Shown here one piece after another: positions 1-10,275 of a stretch of DNA of 64,000 bases. Each line of letters starts with the position of its first letter. The first letter of the stretch is position 1. Origin of the DNA: Candidatus Hydrothermarchaeales archaeon (GTDB lineage: Archaea; Hydrothermarchaeota; Hydrothermarchaeia; Hydrothermarchaeales; JAZGAD01); assembly GCA_036444275.1 (NCBI GenBank), contig JAZGAD010000048.1, positions 92-64,091 on the forward strand, read 5' to 3'. The notes below the pieces were generated by a model, which searched no databases, was not told where the DNA came from, and saw only the letters and a list, made by a program, of their open reading frames with translations. The translations under genes were made by a program, and so were the position numbers.

Positions 1-3000
1 TACACAGTCCCGTCCACCAGCCACACCAATCTGGACGTTATGCATGAAAGCCGTCATATTCGAAGGCGCAGGCGAAGGCTGGTGGCAGCTCTTACACGTA
101 GAATCATTACCAAGGTAGCTACTGCCCGAGTGATTCTCGTAGTAACCCGGGTTTACGTTATAAAACTCGCCAGTATCATTAGTAATCTCAGGAGGCCTCG
201 GAGAGAACACGTCACCCTTATAGTAGGGGCTCTCGTTGTAATGGCAACTCCTACACCAGATAGAAGTGTCGTTTATGCTGCCATTGACCGTCCCAGGGAT
301 TATGGATACATTACCAAGGCCCGTAGCATTATGCTTCGTATCACCATGACAATACCAACACGAGTCATTAGTCTTCACACCATCACTGTCATTCCAATAA
401 CTACCCCATAGGTTGCCCGCTGACTCGTTGTTGCTATGATTAAAGACCAAGGGAATCTTGGGAGGGGCTGTCCCATTCACTTGGGTTATCGTGGTGCCCT
501 GGTGACAAGAAGCGCAGTTGGCAACACTGCTGTTATCATAAGCGTCAGAGTAAGTGCCGTCCTGCTCTATGTATCTTATCCCGTGGATCTGCTTCTGGGG
601 GGAGGCAGTATAATTAATAAACAATTTTGGCCTACCGTTGCTGCCGTTTCCTGCTATGGTGAAGTTCTGAGATGAGTTGCTCTCGTCCAGCGCCCTTACC
701 TGGAAGGCCGCATAGCTCTGGCCGTTAGTCACTGCTGCTTGGACGATGCTGGTGACTGTGACGTTTACCTCGCCCAGGGAGGAGACATCGAAGGTACCTC
801 CAGTGCTTAGGGTTCCTCCACCATGAACCGTATCATTGTCAGCCCCATCCTGAACATCTTTGGAGCCGTTGACGATGCCTATCTCGCCTCCAGGTCCTGC
901 AACCGTGATGTTGAGGGTTAGGTTGGCCTCGGTTATATCGGCGCCAGCGGGGATGGTTGAGATGTCGAACTTGACGTAGTAGCGGTAGACATCCTTGGTG
1001 GGTGGTGGTGCTGCAGCTGCTGGACCCGGGATGTACTCGAAGTAGACGGTTAGGTTTATAGTTATAGCCTCGTTGCCCGAAACGCCCGAAGCAGTGCACT
1101 TGATGTACTCCAATGCGCCGCCTTCGCCGTCGCCCTCCACGTAATTTGTCACCCCCCCCGTGGAGTTTATCCATTTGTAACCTACGGTATTTATAAGGGT
1201 CCACCCAATAGTCTCATTGTCGGTAGCATCGTCATTGGAGTGGATGCAGGTCAAATTTTCATCTCCATCTATGGTGCCGCTGACAGATTCTACCCCTATC
1301 ATGACTGCATACTTGTACGTGGTGCCTGAGTAATTTACCGTGGCACCATTAGTGTCGTTGATATTTAGATATCCGCTAGCAGGGACAACTAATTGACCGC
1401 CTTGACCAATTATATAACCGTCCGCCACAAGCGTGGATTGCCAAGTCGCCGCCGTAGTAGTGATGTACTGCAGGCCTGTGGTGTTCATCTTCCCAGTGGA
1501 GTCGTTGGCCCAGACCTGCCACTCCACCATTGCACCGACGGTATTGTTGAGGGTCTTGGTTATGTTGGAGTACTTGGCGTCTCCTCCGCCGAAGGGATAT
1601 GTCTCGTTCACCCATGCTCCGGTATTATTGGTCCCGAAGACGTAGGAATCCAGGGTCCCGTCGTCCTGCCAGTAGACGGAGAAGAGGGTCGAGCTATTCG
1701 CTATGGTGTTGTTGGACTGGTTCTGGGAGAACCACGGCGGGTTTACATCTCCCACCGAGGATACAGTCAAACTCTGCAACGTAGTGTTGCTATCGATGTT
1801 GCCTACAGTATCGTTGGCATAGCTGGCATTGAAGTAGAAGGTGCCCTCGACGGAGCTAACGTTCACCTCCACGCCGTAGGTGTCGCCGCTGGCACACGAG
1901 GCAGAAGTGAGCATCGTCAGGTTTGCTAGAGTACCATTGGAATAGGTTATCACAGCCCATACATCGTCTATCTGCCAGTTGTCTGTCACCGTAGCATTGA
2001 GGCACACGTAGGTCCCCGGCGATACGGTTCCGGACTCATTTATGAACTTGGATATCATCACCGGGGGCACTTGGTCAACGACATCGAAAGTCATGATATC
2101 CGTAGCGTTCCAGTTGGATGTGGTTGCGTTGTCCCTGTACCATATCCTCCAACCCACGGTTGTCCCTGGAGCAACTGAGGAATTGCTCCAAGTGAAGTTG
2201 CTCCACGTCCATGTTGTTACATTACCCAGATCCATGGGCGAACCATAACAGCTTGCTCCGCAGGTCTGGTTATTCCATGTCCCACCTGATTCGTTGGTCT
2301 CCAGCTGCGCCTGCCATAGGCCGTTGTCATCGTTGCCCTCTGCGGAGAGGTTGACGGCACCGCTGACATTTATCGTCGAGACATTCTGCCCTTGATTCTG
2401 CCACGTGGGTGGGTTGTCTGCTGATGTCTGAATCGTCACACTCACTGGGTCAGCGAAAGTGCCCTCAGTCCCGCCCGCCTGTAGACTATGAGCTGCCGGT
2501 GTACCACTGGCCACGAATGTGTAATTGATTACCACAATGGCATTTTGTCCAAGAAGCGGTATGTTGACGCTACAATCTGCATTTACACTGCATCCGGTGG
2601 GATCGCACTGGACTATAGTAACTTGACTTGAACCTGTACAATAGAAGTCCGCCACCCCCTCTGAGGTGGTGTTTATCATGAGTCCATCGTCCTCCATCCA
2701 TACATCACATGAAGGATCGCAGGCAGCACCACCGCCGCCCTGACCTTTGAGTCTACTCGAGATGTTGACGTTGTTGTTTTGGTTTACCGGATTAGGGCTT
2801 GCCGTGGGGGCACCATCATCTTGCACAGTTGTGTCGCTCGCAATCATCCACTCCCTAGCTTCCTTCCAGCTGCCTATCTCCAACTTCCCAAGGACGTAGA
2901 ACTCCGGCGAGATGTCAGGCGCGTCGAACTCGTAGGCCAAGATGTATGTCTGACCTTTCTTCAGTTGCTCTCCCCAACTGAGGACCTTCGTATCCCCGAT

Positions 3001-6000
3001 CGTCTTTACCTCCAACCCTTCTTGAGGCGTTATCTCAAACGACGAAGGCACATACTCTCTGATAGGACCGCTGTAATCCTCATTGGCCTTGATCATAAAA
3101 CTCATCGTATAGGGCACGAGTGGATATATCCTCGTTGGACCATCCCTTGCAACGTCGAATGGAATCGATGATTGAACCTCAAACTCATCCACGATGCTCC
3201 TTTCCCCATCCTCCGTTATAGCCGTCAAATCCATCCGATAACTCCCAATGCCCTTAACCTTGTAGTTAGTGTAGTAATCAGGTAGATCGGTCACGCCGTA
3301 GTATGAACACTCCTCCGAAACAACAATACTCCCATCCTCTGTGCTCAGGGTCGTCTCAACGCCCATGGGATCAGTAATCGTCAACACTACTTCGGCATCA
3401 CACACCATTCTACCTTCATCATCAAGAACCGCTATGCCTATGAAAGCCTCCTCAGTGGGCAGGTAGATGCTCTTGTGCGTATTAATCGCCAAGACACCCC
3501 AGGTGAAATCCTGCTCCTTAACAGTCGTAACTCCATCCTGCGTCGTTTCGACCCTCAGTGTGTACAAGCCCGGCCTGAAAGCCCTCCCCTTATCCAGCTT
3601 GACCCTGAATCCCTTTTCAGTTTCCCTGACTTCTTCCTCAAGCTTCAGCTCCTTTCCACTTGGACCTATTAACGTGGCACGAATCTTTCCTCTGCCGGTC
3701 CATAAAGTTCTCAAACTATTCTTACGAAGGAGGATGTCGAACTCTGGCTGTTCATTAGCACCAAAATTATTCCTCTCTGTTATCAAATCTATGGGTACCT
3801 CCCTCGCCCTATCCTTAGGGGTATACACCTCCAGAGTATCTGAGAAGAAGGATGCCCCCTTCAAGATACTGGACAAGAAAGATGACACCTCGTCTCTCAA
3901 GCTCAATCCATCGAATCTTCCCAATTCCTGCCTCTGGGGTAGGGTCTGGTATCCTGCCTCGACCTGAGACGTTCCCCTGCCTGCAGGCGGGTCCCCTACC
4001 CTCGCTGTTGCAGGGGACTCGTTTCCGGTATATGTACCGCTACTGTTCTTTGTGACCCTGTCATAGGTTATGTTGAAATAAGCCGCACCTCCTCCAGAAG
4101 CACTATACACACCCGGATCAGCGTGGCAGGATGCACACTCCAAGGTATTGCTGTTCCACTCCGCTACGCCATGCACCTCCTTTCCACCGTGACAGGCCTT
4201 GCACAGCGACGAATTGTACATACCACCCGTATCCTTGAAGGGAATTGTTAGAGCTGCATCGTGAATCCTGCCCGCATCGTGGCAAGTAGAGTTGGTGCAG
4301 TAAGGTCCGCCGGTATTATTTGTGTGGTTGCCCAGGTTTATGTTCACAGTGTTCTCCATGGCATCTGAAAAGGCGGTTGTGGAGTTCTGATGACAGTATG
4401 CGCAGTTTGTGGATGCAGCATCTAGGTAAAGCCCGTCACCGCTTTCGTGCCTCTTCTTCCCGTAGTGGGAGGCGCTCACGTTGCCGCCGTCATAAGTTGA
4501 ATATATCGTGAAGGAACCAGTATCAGGATCATTGACCGCGCTTGCCAAGAGGATCATCTCGGATTTTCCGTAGTGACAGGAGACGCAGGAAAAATTCACG
4601 TCCCCAGTGTATTTGGAGACATTGACATCCGTGGCATTGTTAAAGTGCTCCGAGACGTTCTTCGCACCGGCATAGTTCCCATAGTTAGCGCCGCCCTCAA
4701 CGTGGCAGTCGTAGCAGGTCCACGGATTCTTGTACTCAGCGGGATGGCCGCTGCCTGGATCATCTCCTGTACCATGGCATGCCCAGCATATCCTATTCCG
4801 CGGGTCAACCCCAGCATCCACCGAGCCGGAATTGAGGTTGTTATGTATCGCGTTTGAAGAATTTATTGCAGAGATGTTAACATGCTTCGGAGCAGAACCG
4901 CTCAAGTCGTGGCACTGCGTGCAGTTCCTCCCTCCTGCAACGCCAATCTGGACGTTATGCATGAACTCGTCCATACTGACCGGGCTGCCTATCGTATGGC
5001 AGTCGTCGCACTTGCTATCATTGTAGTTGCCATCACTGAAGGAGTGGTTATAGTACCTCGGTACGCCTATGTTGTTCCAAGAATCATTAGTTATCTCAGG
5101 CGGATCAGGCTCCAGGGCAGCCTGAGTACTTGTATAGTTACCATCATTTTTATAGTGACAGCTACCGCACCAAGTGCTCGTGGAGAAGCCTGTGTTATTC
5201 ACAGAATCCGAGCCCTGGGCACTCGAAGCATTCCCCAGTGCATTAGTATCGTGCTTCGTGTCACCATGGCAGAAGCTGCAGGCTGAAAGCTGGTTTCCAG
5301 TAGTCCAATAGGGATCGCCAGGACTCCATATCCCGCCCTCGTCAGTTTCGTTGTTGCTGTGGTTCATTGGCGAGGGAATCTTGGGTTGCGTCGTGGTTTT
5401 GCCGTCAGCACCGGTGCCCTGATGACAAGTGGCGCAGTTGACAGCGCTGCCGTTACCACCATACGCGTTGCCAGAGCTCTGCAGGTAGCTCCCATTTATG
5501 CCATGGATGTCCCACCCGCCCTTTGAGGTATTCGTATGGCACTCCGGACAGCTAACACCACCAATAGAACCGCTGTGATTTTGGCGATCAGTATGACAAC
5601 TCGTGCACAAGACGTAGTTAAACTGGGGCTTCGTCAGGTCAGCGTCATGCATCCTGCCCTGGTTGTGGCAAGTGGAGTTGGAGCAAGTAGGACTCCCCGT
5701 CCTATCGGTATGATTATACATGCCCTTGCGATTCGTAACAGCCATGACGTCGGAGAAGGCAGTCGAAGCATTCTGATGACAATAAGTGCAAGAAGTTACA
5801 TTCGTGCTATTCTCCACATACCTGAGGTCGTCCCCTCTCTTCTTGCCGTAGTGGGAGACGTTGGAGAAAGAGCCGTTGCCACTCCCCCCGCTGTCATCTT
5901 CGGTGAAGGTATTCAGCATCTCGGTCTTGTTGTGGCAGGCTATGCAAGAAGAGTTTATGTCCCCTGTGAGCTTAGAAATATTGAGATCGGATGCATCGTT

Positions 6001-8664
6001 GTAGTGCTCGGCAACCGTCGGGGCGTTGCTTACATTGCTGTAGGGTGCAGTGCCGTTGTGACAGTCCCAGCAAAGATAGGGTGGATCCCGGTTCTTGTGC
6101 TGAGCCTCGCCGTTGGTGACGTGGCAGCCCCTGCATGCTCTTTCTATGGACTCGTTCCCAGAGGCCTCGCTGGCGTTGTTTATCCACCTGTGGATGGATT
6201 CGTTGAAGGCCGTGAAGTTCACATCCGGATAGGTCTGTGCATCGCCAGTCCTATGGCACTGAGTGCAGGTCTCACTCCCTCCTTTGAGGTCGAGCTCTTC
6301 CTCGTGGAAGGACTCACTTACCTCATCGTTGTGGTGGCAACCATTGCAGGTCGTCCTTCCCGTGTGGTCTTGCCTCGCAGCTGTACCATTATCGATGGAA
6401 GGACCTACGCCGTAGTCGTATCTAACCGTGGCAGTTCCCCTGTGGCAACCTTCACAATCAGCGGTGTCTGGAGCGGTGTTGGGGAGGCTGGTGTTCTTGC
6501 CGTAGTGAGAGACGTTGGCCAAGAGGTAGTTGGTGAGGGTGTTGAACTCCGTTCCCCCTGTATCCCCCAGGTCGTTCCTGTGGCACCACTCGCAGGTGGC
6601 GTTTCTCTCCGTCTGCGAGTTCCAAGAGGTATTGGTCATGAGGTAATCTGAATCGGTTTCTCGGGCGTCGAGGCTGGAGTCTATGCCCTTGGGGAAGTGC
6701 TCCTTAACCGTTGGAGCAGAAGGATATGTGCCCCAGTTCGGACCCGCATATACTCCTGTCACATTCAAATGGCAGTCGGGGCAAGTCCACGGGGTCTTCT
6801 GCTTATCCGGGTGCCCGCCTTCGACGGGCTCGCCGTCGGTGTCGTGGCATCCCCAGCATATCTTGTTGGCATCATTAGTGGTGCCGGTGGTTGCATTCTG
6901 GTTCAGCAACCTATGATTGGCCCCAGAGGCGTTTACAGAAGAAAAGTTGATACCCGTGTTGGAGGAGGAGCCACCCGATGCGTCATGGCAGTCGGAGCAG
7001 TGCTCGGTGGCCGTAGAGTGCGTGCCATCATTTAGAGTAGCATCCACTTGCATGCTATAGCTGTGAACGGTGAATTTGCTCTGCCCGTCATCGGTATGGC
7101 ATTCTTCGCATGCCAAGGTATCAATAATATAAGTTGTGTTGTCGTGGCACGTCTTGCAGGTGGAGTTCACGGTGCCGCTGGATCCGGTCATATTGAAGGG
7201 GGTCATGTTCGCCTTGCCAGTGACCACCCGATCAGTTGCATGGAAATTCGTATTTATAGTCTTGGTGCCGTTGCTCGAATAGCTCTTTATGGTCTCGTTG
7301 TTGTGGCAGTCGGTACAGCTCAGGGTGGAGTGACTCTCATCTATGTCATAGATTGCGCTGCCGCCATCCTCATGGCAGTTGGTATCGGAAATGCCGCATG
7401 AAGTGGGCTTCGAAGGAGTAGAATGGGCGGTGCTCATATGGCAGTCCTCGCACGTCTTGCTAGAGCTCCCGTGGTATGTGTTAGAAGAGTCCCATCCCGG
7501 TATATCTCCTGTGCCGTTTATTTGAGCCACTCCCCACGTTGAGGTTGAATTGTGGCACTTGTTGCACGCTGGGATGGTAATGTTGTGTGCTTTTTGTCCA
7601 CTGGGTACGTGGCAGTCGCCGCAGTTCGGACTGTTGCCGGCGGATACGTTGTGGTCCACCGCCGCTATGGATTTCGACGAGCTAGAACCATGGCAATAAT
7701 CATCTTCATCAGAACCAGCTCCCTGACTCCCGCAGGTTGTGCTCCATGTGGTTTTGTAAGTAACATTGTGACCGTGACCGTGGCAGTCCTCGCAGTCCTT
7801 GCCAGCATGCAGGCCTGTGGTGTTGCGTGGGGTTATGGTGTGGCATTCATAACATTGCCTCACGACAGGAGAAGTGGCTCCCAAAGCGGTCCCTGCCTGA
7901 TGGCAGTCGTTGCACTGTGCACCAGCAGTTGTTCCATGCTGATTATTTGTGCTGGTGACCGCGGGCATGGCGTCGTGGCAATTGGTGGTGCAACCTATAG
8001 TATCTGTCCTCGGAGTGGAGGTCATTTGGGCAGAATCATCCAAGTCATAGGTTTGTACACCATGGCATCCCCAAGTGGCCGTGAGTGAGTACGCACAGCC
8101 AGGAATTGTCTCGGGATTAAAGTCTATACGGCTTGGATTCCCAAAGGTGTTGTCACCGTCCTCTTGGTCCCCCGCCAGTATCTCTGCCTCGTAGTCGAAT
8201 CCGTACTCCTTCCAGAACCAAAGCCGCCGGGGGCCGATGGGGTTGCTTCCGGAACCAATGGTAATATCAGCGCTTCCTGAATTAAGAACGGCTACCAAAG
8301 GGCTGGTAATATTTCGCCATCCCGGAAATCCTCTCTGATTGGGGTCGTCCCAAGCTGCCATTCTCCACTGGGGCCAGGAGGTGTCCCCGTGCATCCCGTG
8401 GACCCACTCAGGGAAAGAAGCCGCCGGGGCCCTGTCAGCCCCCGGGTGCAGCACATTGCCAAACTGCAAATTGTTAGGGGTGGTGGTGCCGGCTTTATTC
8501 TCCGTGACCAGGTGGCACTTTGATCCCTGGCAGCTGGCGGAGGTGATATTTACCTCCGCGTTAGGTGCGGAAATATCATATCTGCTGAGGGCAAAGGCGC
8601 CCGGGATTAGTAGAACGCTCACTATTAAAACGGTCAGTATCCCGATAGCGCAACGTCCTATCAT
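1..8664 (-). CDS. Giant extracellular multiheme cytochrome c (>2888 aa, 3' end beyond window)
   Basis: Hand translation from ATG at 8664 is open to position 1 with no stop. N-terminal signal peptide MIGRCAIGILTVLIVSVLLIPGAFA. 37 CxxCH motifs, 7 longer-spacer CxnCH motifs and many N-x-S/T sequons. Absent from the ORF track, probably because no stop codon lies in the window. Confidence 0.95.
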   Translation of the reverse strand, partial: MIGRCAIGILTVLIVSVLLIPGAFALSRYDISAPNAEVNITSASCQGSKCHLVTENKAGTTTPNNLQFGNVLHPGADRAPAASFPEWVHGMHGDTSWPQWRMAAWDDPNQRGFPGWRNITSPLVAVLNSGSADITIGSGSNPIGPRRLWFWKEYGFDYEAEILAGDQEDGDNTFGNPSRIDFNPETIPGCAYSLTATWGCHGVQTYDLDDSAQMTSTPRTDTIGCTTNCHDAMPAVTSTNNQHGTTAGAQCNDCHQAGTALGATSPVVRQCYECHTITPRNTTGLHAGKDCEDCHGHGHNVTYKTTWSTTCGSQGAGSDEDDYCHGSSSSKSIAAVDHNVSAGNSPNCGDCHVPSGQKAHNITIPACNKCHNSTSTWGVAQINGTGDIPGWDSSNTYHGSSSKTCEDCHMSTAHSTPSKPTSCGISDTNCHEDGGSAIYDIDESHSTLSCTDCHNNETIKSYSSNGTKTINTNFHATDRVVTGKANMTPFNMTGSSGTVNSTCKTCHDNTTYIIDTLACEECHTDDGQSKFTVHSYSMQVDATLNDGTHSTATEHCSDCHDASGGSSSNTGINFSSVNASGANHRLLNQNATTGTTNDANKICWGCHDTDGEPVEGGHPDKQKTPWTCPDCHLNVTGVYAGPNWGTYPSAPTVKEHFPKGIDSSLDARETDSDYLMTNTSWNSQTERNATCEWCHRNDLGDTGGTEFNTLTNYLLANVSHYGKNTSLPNTAPDTADCEGCHRGTATVRYDYGVGPSIDNGTAARQDHTGRTTCNGCHHNDEVSESFHEEELDLKGGSETCTQCHRTGDAQTYPDVNFTAFNESIHRWINNASEASGNESIERACRGCHVTNGEAQHKNRDPPYLCWDCHNGTAPYSNVSNAPTVAEHYNDASDLNISKLTGDINSSCIACHNKTEMLNTFTEDDSGGSGNGSFSNVSHYGKKRGDDLRYVENSTNVTSCTYCHQNASTAFSDVMAVTNRKGMYNHTDRTGSPTCSNSTCHNQGRMHDADLTKPQFNYVLCTSCHTDRQNHSGSIGGVSCPECHTNTSKGGWDIHGINGSYLQSSGNAYGGNGSAVNCATCHQGTGADGKTTTQPKIPSPMNHSNNETDEGGIWSPGDPYWTTGNQLSACSFCHGDTKHDTNALGNASSAQGSDSVNNTGFSTSTWCGSCHYKNDGNYTSTQAALEPDPPEITNDSWNNIGVPRYYNHSFSDGNYNDSKCDDCHTIGSPVSMDEFMHNVQIGVAGGRNCTQCHDLSGSAPKHVNISAINSSNAIHNNLNSGSVDAGVDPRNRICWACHGTGDDPGSGHPAEYKNPWTCYDCHVEGGANYGNYAGAKNVSEHFNNATDVNVSKYTGDVNFSCVSCHYGKSEMILLASAVNDPDTGSFTIYSTYDGGNVSASHYGKKRHESGDGLYLDAASTNCAYCHQNSTTAFSDAMENTVNINLGNHTNNTGGPYCTNSTCHDAGRIHDAALTIPFKDTGGMYNSSLCKACHGGKEVHGVAEWNSNTLECASCHADPGVYSASGGGAAYFNITYDRVTKNSSGTYTGNESPATARVGDPPAGRGTSQVEAGYQTLPQRQELGRFDGLSLRDEVSSFLSSILKGASFFSDTLEVYTPKDRAREVPIDLITERNNFGANEQPEFDILLRKNSLRTLWTGRGKIRATLIGPSGKELKLEEEVRETEKGFRVKLDKGRAFRPGLYTLRVETTQDGVTTVKEQDFTWGVLAINTHKSIYLPTEEAFIGIAVLDDEGRMVCDAEVVLTITDPMGVETTLSTEDGSIVVSEECSYYGVTDLPDYYTNYKVKGIGSYRMDLTAITEDGERSIVDEFEVQSSIPFDVARDGPTRIYPLVPYTMSFMIKANEDYSGPIREYVPSSFEITPQEGLEVKTIGDTKVLSWGEQLKKGQTYILAYEFDAPDISPEFYVLGKLEIGSWKEAREWMIASDTTVQDDGAPTASPNPVNQNNNVNISSRLKGQGGGGAACDPSCDVWMEDDGLMINTTSEGVADFYCTGSSQVTIVQCDPTGCSVNADCSVNIPLLGQNAIVVINYTFVASGTPAAHSLQAGGTEGTFADPVSVTIQTSADNPPTWQNQGQNVSTINVSGAVNLSAEGNDDNGLWQAQLETNESGGTWNNQTCGASCYGSPMDLGNVTTWTWSNFTWSNSSVAPGTTVGWRIWYRDNATTSNWNATDIMTFDVVDQVPPVMISKFINESGTVSPGTYVCLNATVTDNWQIDDVWAVITYSNGTLANLTMLTSASCASGDTYGVEVNVSSVEGTFYFNASYANDTVGNIDSNTTLQSLTVSSVGDVNPPWFSQNQSNNTIANSSTLFSVYWQDDGTLDSYVFGTNNTGAWVNETYPFGGGDAKYSNITKTLNNTVGAMVEWQVWANDSTGKMNTTGLQYITTTAATWQSTLVADGYIIGQGGQLVVPASGYLNINDTNGATVNYSGTTYKYAVMIGVESVSGTIDGDENLTCIHSNDDATDNETIGWTLINTVGYKWINSTGGVTNYVEGDGEGGALEYIKCTASGVSGNEAITINLTVYFEYIPGPAAAAPPPTKDVYRYYVKFDISTIPAGADITEANLTLNITVAGPGGEIGIVNGSKDVQDGADNDTVHGGGTLSTGGTFDVSSLGEVNVTVTSIVQAAVTNGQSYAAFQVRALDESNSSQNFTIAGNGSNGRPKLFINYTASPQKQIHGIRYIEQDGTYSDAYDNSSVANCASCHQGTTITQVNGTAPPKIPLVFNHSNNESAGNLWGSYWNDSDGVKTNDSCWYCHGDTKHNATGLGNVSIIPGTVNGSINDTSIWCRSCHYNESPYYKGDVFSPRPPEITNDTGEFYNVNPGYYENHSGSSYLGNDSTCKSCHQPSPAPSNMTAFMHNVQIGVAGGRDCV

Positions 8665-10197
8665 TTATCCCCACCAACAAATCAATACAGAAATGGCCTT
8701 TCCCATCGGTCTTGCCACCCGCCGCCTAAGGATGAAAATCACCAAGGCGAACATGGCTAAAAATTTCAATACACTAGAACCTGAACCACTGAAAGAGGAT
8801 GGGAAGTCTCCTGAGATAGACACGCTAGCGTTTCCCCTGCCGTCTACCCAATACTGATGCCCATCTCCTGCCTTGACAGCGATGTAGTGGTCCCCGGGAT
8901 TTGGAGAAGTGAAGTATTCGCCCCAATTGGCCCCGTTCCAATTCATATCAGCCTCGTAATAGTATCCAGGGCCACTGACATACATAGTAACGGTGGGTTC
9001 GTTGGTCGTAGAACCCGTTACGGTTACCCCTGCATTGTCTTTGACAGTAGCATTCACTGCGATTGGACTGTTGGCCTGGCTTCCGGTGGTACTAATTGAA
9101 GTAACATTTAACCGGCCCCTTACATACAAAGCGAAATCTGACTGTAAGTTAGTAGTAGTGACAGTGACGTTCCATTCGCCCGGATCATCACCTGTGCTCC
9201 AATCGTAGGTATAGCTCGAAACACCTTTAATAGGCGAACTCATGCTAGCGCCATTAACAATTGTTTGTCCTGCACCATCCTTTATTGTCACCGTAGGAGT
9301 GATAGTACTGGAAGTGTACCACCAACCGCAGTCCTCCTCCCAGTAATCCTCTCCTCTCCCAAAAATCTGAATCTTTTTTCTGCCATAGTCATAGTATTCC
9401 CTATCCGCCGAACCGGTGAGCCTCTCCGTATACCCCTTATATACCTGTTGCCAACCATAGCCTCCGGGACCAGTGCTCTCCACGGTCGTCGGGGCGGAGC
9501 CGGTGGTGTACGTGATATCTACACTTACATAGTCGAGCTTATACCACTTCTTTGATCCGCCGGAAGAGGGGTTATTAAAATAGACTCCCATGTTTGCAAC
9601 ATCAGTTAGTTGATCGCAAGTTGCGGAAACGTCAAACTGAATGAGTCCTACTGAAGGGTTATAAGACGTTGAAGTATATTTAGAGGAGCATTGGACTTCA
9701 ACTTCCATGCAGTTGGTTGAACAGGGCTCTACTTCGCCAACGTCAATATTTACCACAACCGAAGTCGTAGTGCCGTAGCCAGCGTCCAAGGCATCCATAA
9801 ACAATTGAAGCTTTTCGCCGCCGCCATCTTGTGTAAACTCGTTAGCGCCGTCGTCGTCGTTAATATCTGCAAGAGTGCCGCAAGCAGTTAAAGAGCAGAG
9901 ATGTAACTTACTCACCTGCAGAGTTACATCTGTAGCCTGAACTACACCGACACTCAAAAAGAGGATTGCCAAGATGAACACTATCCTGACATACCTCAAC
10001 GTATTTCCAACTGCTACCGCCCTTCTGGAATGTAACATAAGCTCTCCAAAATATCTTAAGATATTTACACACTTTGTAAATTTGGGAAATATCTTATATG
10101 CCTGGATATACGCAACGAATCTTCCCAATATAGAGACGACAGCATGGATTAAACTAGCTATAATCATCACAGCATTTAGAGCATTCCTCTCCTTCAT
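8665..10197 (-). CDS. Secreted/surface protein with Ig-like beta-rich domains and C-terminal membrane anchor
   Basis: 510-aa ORF with signal-like VRIVFILAILFLSVGVVQA (true start may be downstream of 10197), S/T/G/Y-rich body, and a C-terminal TM helix followed by RRR. Its stop abuts the cytochrome ATG. Confidence 0.8.
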   Translation of the reverse strand: MKERNALNAVMIIASLIHAVVSILGRFVAYIQAYKIFPKFTKCVNILRYFGELMLHSRRAVAVGNTLRYVRIVFILAILFLSVGVVQATDVTLQVSKLHLCSLTACGTLADINDDDGANEFTQDGGGEKLQLFMDALDAGYGTTTSVVVNIDVGEVEPCSTNCMEVEVQCSSKYTSTSYNPSVGLIQFDVSATCDQLTDVANMGVYFNNPSSGGSKKWYKLDYVSVDITYTTGSAPTTVESTGPGGYGWQQVYKGYTERLTGSADREYYDYGRKKIQIFGRGEDYWEEDCGWWYTSSTITPTVTIKDGAGQTIVNGASMSSPIKGVSSYTYDWSTGDDPGEWNVTVTTTNLQSDFALYVRGRLNVTSISTTGSQANSPIAVNATVKDNAGVTVTGSTTNEPTVTMYVSGPGYYYEADMNWNGANWGEYFTSPNPGDHYIAVKAGDGHQYWVDGRGNASVSISGDFPSSFSGSGSSVLKFLAMFALVIFILRRRVARPMGKAISVLICWWG

Positions 10198-10275
10198 CTG
10201 ACGGCCTCCTCTTCAAGGACTGTATGTAGACCCATTCTTTCTCCACCTGTTAGTTTCAAACTTTTCAAACCTGGA

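Noticed and set aside
1-8664. Possible stop-codon readthrough (Sec/Pyl) explaining the missing ORF call
   Set aside because: No in-frame stop was found by hand. The ORF simply runs off the window.
40-8857. Many plus-strand ORFs (e.g. 5536-6651, 371 aa)
   Set aside because: They are antisense shadows of the giant cytochrome. The recurring VA/MA pairs are reverse-complemented Cys-His codons.
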